A DNA stretch of 64,000 nt from Acidobacteriota bacterium (lineage in GTDB: Bacteria > Acidobacteriota > UBA890 > WLXD01), in contig CAXWPH010000005.1 in the NCBI GenBank assembly GCA_963666055.2, positions 1 through 64,000 of the forward strand, given 5' to 3'. The position numbers were made by a program, and so were the translations under genes. Numbering within the stretch: position 1 is the stretch's first letter; each line of letters begins with the position of its first letter. Positions 61,403 through 64,000 of this stretch are shown one piece after another. Under the pieces are notes generated by a model that made no database searches, was not told the origin of the DNA, and saw only the letters and a list, made by a program, of their open reading frames with translations.

Positions 61403-63988
61403 ATGACGCTGCGTCGCAGCCAGCTCGTGCTTGTCACGATCGTCGCCGTCTGCGCGGTGACGGCGCTCGGCATCGAGTCTGCGGCGGGGACCGGCGGGCA
61501 GCAGGAGGAGGACTCCACGATCCCGGTCCTCACGGCTACCGCCGACGGGCTTGCTCGTCAGGCGTTCGCGATCCTCCGCGAGAACTGCTTCGAGTGCCAC
61601 GGCCTCGACGACGTGTTGGGCGGCCTCGACCTGCGCTCCGAGACGACCCTACAGGCCGGCGGCGACCACGGAAACGTGGTTGTGGCGCACGACGCCGACG
61701 CGAGCCTCCTGTATCAGGCCGTCGCCCGTACCAGCAGGCCGTACATGCCCTACGGCCGTGCCCCGCTGCCCGACGAGCAGGTCGAGATCATCCGGCAGTG
61801 GATCGTTAGCGGCGGCTCCCTCGCCGCGGTGCGTCTGGCGATGCCACACACCAGCGCTGCGGAGCTGGCTGCGCTCGAGGAGCGGCCGATCACCGAGGAG
61901 GAGCGCGCTTACTGGGCCTTCGTCAAGCCGGTGCGCCCGGCAGTGCCCGAGGGCAACCGTCGGAGCAGGAGCGACAACCCGATCGACGCCTTCCTGTTGG
62001 ACGCGACGCACGCCAAGGGGCTCACCCGCGCTCCTCCGGCCGACAACCGCAGTCTCGTGCGTCGCGTCTACCTCGACGTTCTCGGCTTGCCTCCCAGCCC
62101 CGAGGAGATCGACGAGTTCCTCAACGATGGCTCCCCCGACGCCTGGGAGCGGCTCGTCGACAAGCTGCTGGCTTCGCCCCACTACGGCGAGCGCTGGGCA
62201 CGTCATTGGATGGATCTGGCCCGCTACGCCGACTCCGGCGGTTACGAGTTCGACCTCGACTGGCCGCAGATGTACCGCTACCGCGACTACCTGGTGGAGT
62301 CGTTCAACAGCGACAAGCCCTACGATCAGTTCGTGCGGGAGCAACTCGCGGGCGACGAGATCGCCCCCGGTTCCGACGAGGCGATCGCGACAGGTTTCTT
62401 GCGCGTCGGTCTCGAAGGGACCGACGTAGAGCTCAACCGGCTCGATGAGGTCGACGACCTGATCAGGGCGACCTCGCTCACCTTCATGGGTCTCACAGTG
62501 GGCTGCGCACGCTGCCACAACCACAAGTTCGACCCCATTCCGCAGAAGGACTATTACCGGATGCAGGCAGTGTTCTGGCCGACGGTGAAGGCCGAGTTCC
62601 CCCTGGTGCCGGCCGACGAATGGGAGACAAACCGCGCCGAGCGCGAGCGGATCGAGGCGATGATCGAGCCTCTGTCCGAGGCCAAGAAGGCCACCGAGAA
62701 GCCGTACCACGACATGCTGGTCGTGCAGCACGTCGCCAATCTGCCCGAGCACATGCAGATCGCCTGGCACACCGCGGAGGAGGAGCGCACGGAGGCGCAG
62801 AAGCTCAACGTCGTCCAGATCGAGGCGGCCCTCAGCGTCGGCGACGTGACCGAACTCATCACCCAGGAGCACCTGATCGAGCTGATGCCCGCCGAGGTCA
62901 AGGCGGTCCATGCGATCGTGGCGGCGGCGATCAAGGATCTCGAGGAGAAGCAGCCCGAGCGCCTGGCGGCCGCCAGGGTCATCGGCGAGGAGGGCCGCGA
63001 GCCGGAGCCGTCGTACTTCCTGCACCGGGGCAGCCCCGGCGCCAAGGGAACGGTGATGTCGCCGGGGGTACTCACGGTGGCCAGCAACGGCGAGTGGGAC
63101 TTCGCTCGGCCGCCTGAGGAAGCGACCTCGAGCTGGCGCCGACGGGGGTTCGCGGACTGGCTCGTGAACGAGGACAACCCGCTGACCGTCCGCGTGATGG
63201 TCAATCGCCTGTGGCAGCATCACTTCGGCGAGGGCATCGTCAGAACGCCGAGCAACTTCGGCAAGATGGGCATGCCGCCGACCCATCCGGAGCTACTCGA
63301 CTGGCTCGCCGTCGAGTTCATGGAGCGCGGCTGGAGCATGAAGGCGATGCACCGGTTGATGCTCAACTCGCAGGCCTACCGGATGGCCGCAGCCGACGTG
63401 CCGGGCAATGCCGAGATCGACCCCGAGAACCTGCTGCTGTGGCGCATGCCCCGAGTGCGGCTCGACGCCGAGACCATCCGCGACTCGATACTGGCAACCG
63501 CGGGCACCCTCGACCGGACGATGGGCGGGCCGGGAGTCTTTCCCTACATCGACCCCGACCTGTTCGAGGTGACCTCCGAACGCGAGTGGCGAGGGCTTCC
63601 GGACAGCGATCCAGCCACCTGGCGCCGCAGCCTCTACGTGTTCTCCAAACGCACCATTCGCTACCCGATGTTCGAGACGTTCGACCAGCCCAACATGATC
63701 GACTCGATCGACCGGCGGCAGCGCACCACTGTGGCGCTGCAGGCGCTGATCCTGATGAACAACGAGATGGTGCTGCTGCAGTCCGACAAGTTCGCGGAGC
63801 GGGTTCGGCGTGAAGCAGGCAACGACATCGGCGCCCAGATCGACCGGGCGATTCAGCTGGCGCTGGGCCGGCCGGCAACCGCACTGGAGCGGGACCAGGC
63901 CATGGAGCTCGTCTCCACGTCGACCAAAGGGTTGGCCGAGCTCTGTCACCTGCTATTCAACCTGAACGAGTTCGTCTACCTTCCATGA
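61403..63988 (+). CDS. PSCyt1/DUF1549/DUF1553 planctomycete-type cytochrome c protein
   Basis: CFECH, YGERWARHWMDLARYAD, CARCHNHKFDPI, VNRLWQHHFGEG, NLNEFVYL. Confidence 0.93.
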   Translation: MTLRRSQLVLVTIVAVCAVTALGIESAAGTGGQQEEDSTIPVLTATADGLARQAFAILRENCFECHGLDDVLGGLDLRSETTLQAGGDHGNVVVAHDADASLLYQAVARTSRPYMPYGRAPLPDEQVEIIRQWIVSGGSLAAVRLAMPHTSAAELAALEERPITEEERAYWAFVKPVRPAVPEGNRRSRSDNPIDAFLLDATHAKGLTRAPPADNRSLVRRVYLDVLGLPPSPEEIDEFLNDGSPDAWERLVDKLLASPHYGERWARHWMDLARYADSGGYEFDLDWPQMYRYRDYLVESFNSDKPYDQFVREQLAGDEIAPGSDEAIATGFLRVGLEGTDVELNRLDEVDDLIRATSLTFMGLTVGCARCHNHKFDPIPQKDYYRMQAVFWPTVKAEFPLVPADEWETNRAERERIEAMIEPLSEAKKATEKPYHDMLVVQHVANLPEHMQIAWHTAEEERTEAQKLNVVQIEAALSVGDVTELITQEHLIELMPAEVKAVHAIVAAAIKDLEEKQPERLAAARVIGEEGREPEPSYFLHRGSPGAKGTVMSPGVLTVASNGEWDFARPPEEATSSWRRRGFADWLVNEDNPLTVRVMVNRLWQHHFGEGIVRTPSNFGKMGMPPTHPELLDWLAVEFMERGWSMKAMHRLMLNSQAYRMAAADVPGNAEIDPENLLLWRMPRVRLDAETIRDSILATAGTLDRTMGGPGVFPYIDPDLFEVTSEREWRGLPDSDPATWRRSLYVFSKRTIRYPMFETFDQPNMIDSIDRRQRTTVALQALILMNNEMVLLQSDKFAERVRREAGNDIGAQIDRAIQLALGRPATALERDQAMELVSTSTKGLAELCHLLFNLNEFVYLP

Positions 63989-64000
63989 GCAACCGCCGCC

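Noticed and set aside
113-63949. Many long antisense or alternate-frame ORFs (e.g. 1027-1905, 11235-12623, 36519-38147, 46759-48258, 61649-63286)
   Set aside because: Shadow ORFs of high-GC genes with no recognisable motifs.
1-64000. CRISPR array, cas genes, rRNA, intact tRNA, intact transposase or integrase, reverse transcriptase
   Set aside because: No regularly spaced repeats or diagnostic protein motifs seen by eye; both tRNA-like segments lack the 5' acceptor strand.
63985-64000. Start of a DUF1501-type partner gene
   Set aside because: Expected from context, but only 5 codons are visible.

Overview
GC-rich bacterial window. Gene content (PadR plus ADOP permease, acidobacterial VWA protein, PD40 Ser/Thr kinases, DUF1549/1553 cytochrome, many Tat-exported or lipoprotein hydrolases) suggests an Acidobacteriota-like genome; this is inference. 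Most of it is accessory catabolic and secreted enzymes. Several signals are missing from the ORF track. (1) A 1.9-kb decayed island between two tRNA-Leu(CAA) 3' fragments holds a relic integron: an IntI C-terminal remnant, an attI-like site, one complete VOC gene cassette and an attC. (2) An unannotated ~170-bp multi-hairpin element occurs twice, both times beside truncated genes. (3) There are two probable selenoproteins with SECIS-like hairpins: a rhodanese lipoprotein (UNGGGR) and a peroxiredoxin-like protein (UxxC). (4) A CTAG-targeting MITE family appears as full, half, end-only and footprint-like copies, often on TAG stop codons. (5) A duplicated PadR promoter/operator sits in front of an unrelated gene. 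(6) Several Ser/Thr kinase 5' remnants lie at gene breakpoints. Scattered single-base frameshifts and a 25-G run may be assembly errors. All product calls come from motif recognition by eye, not database searches.
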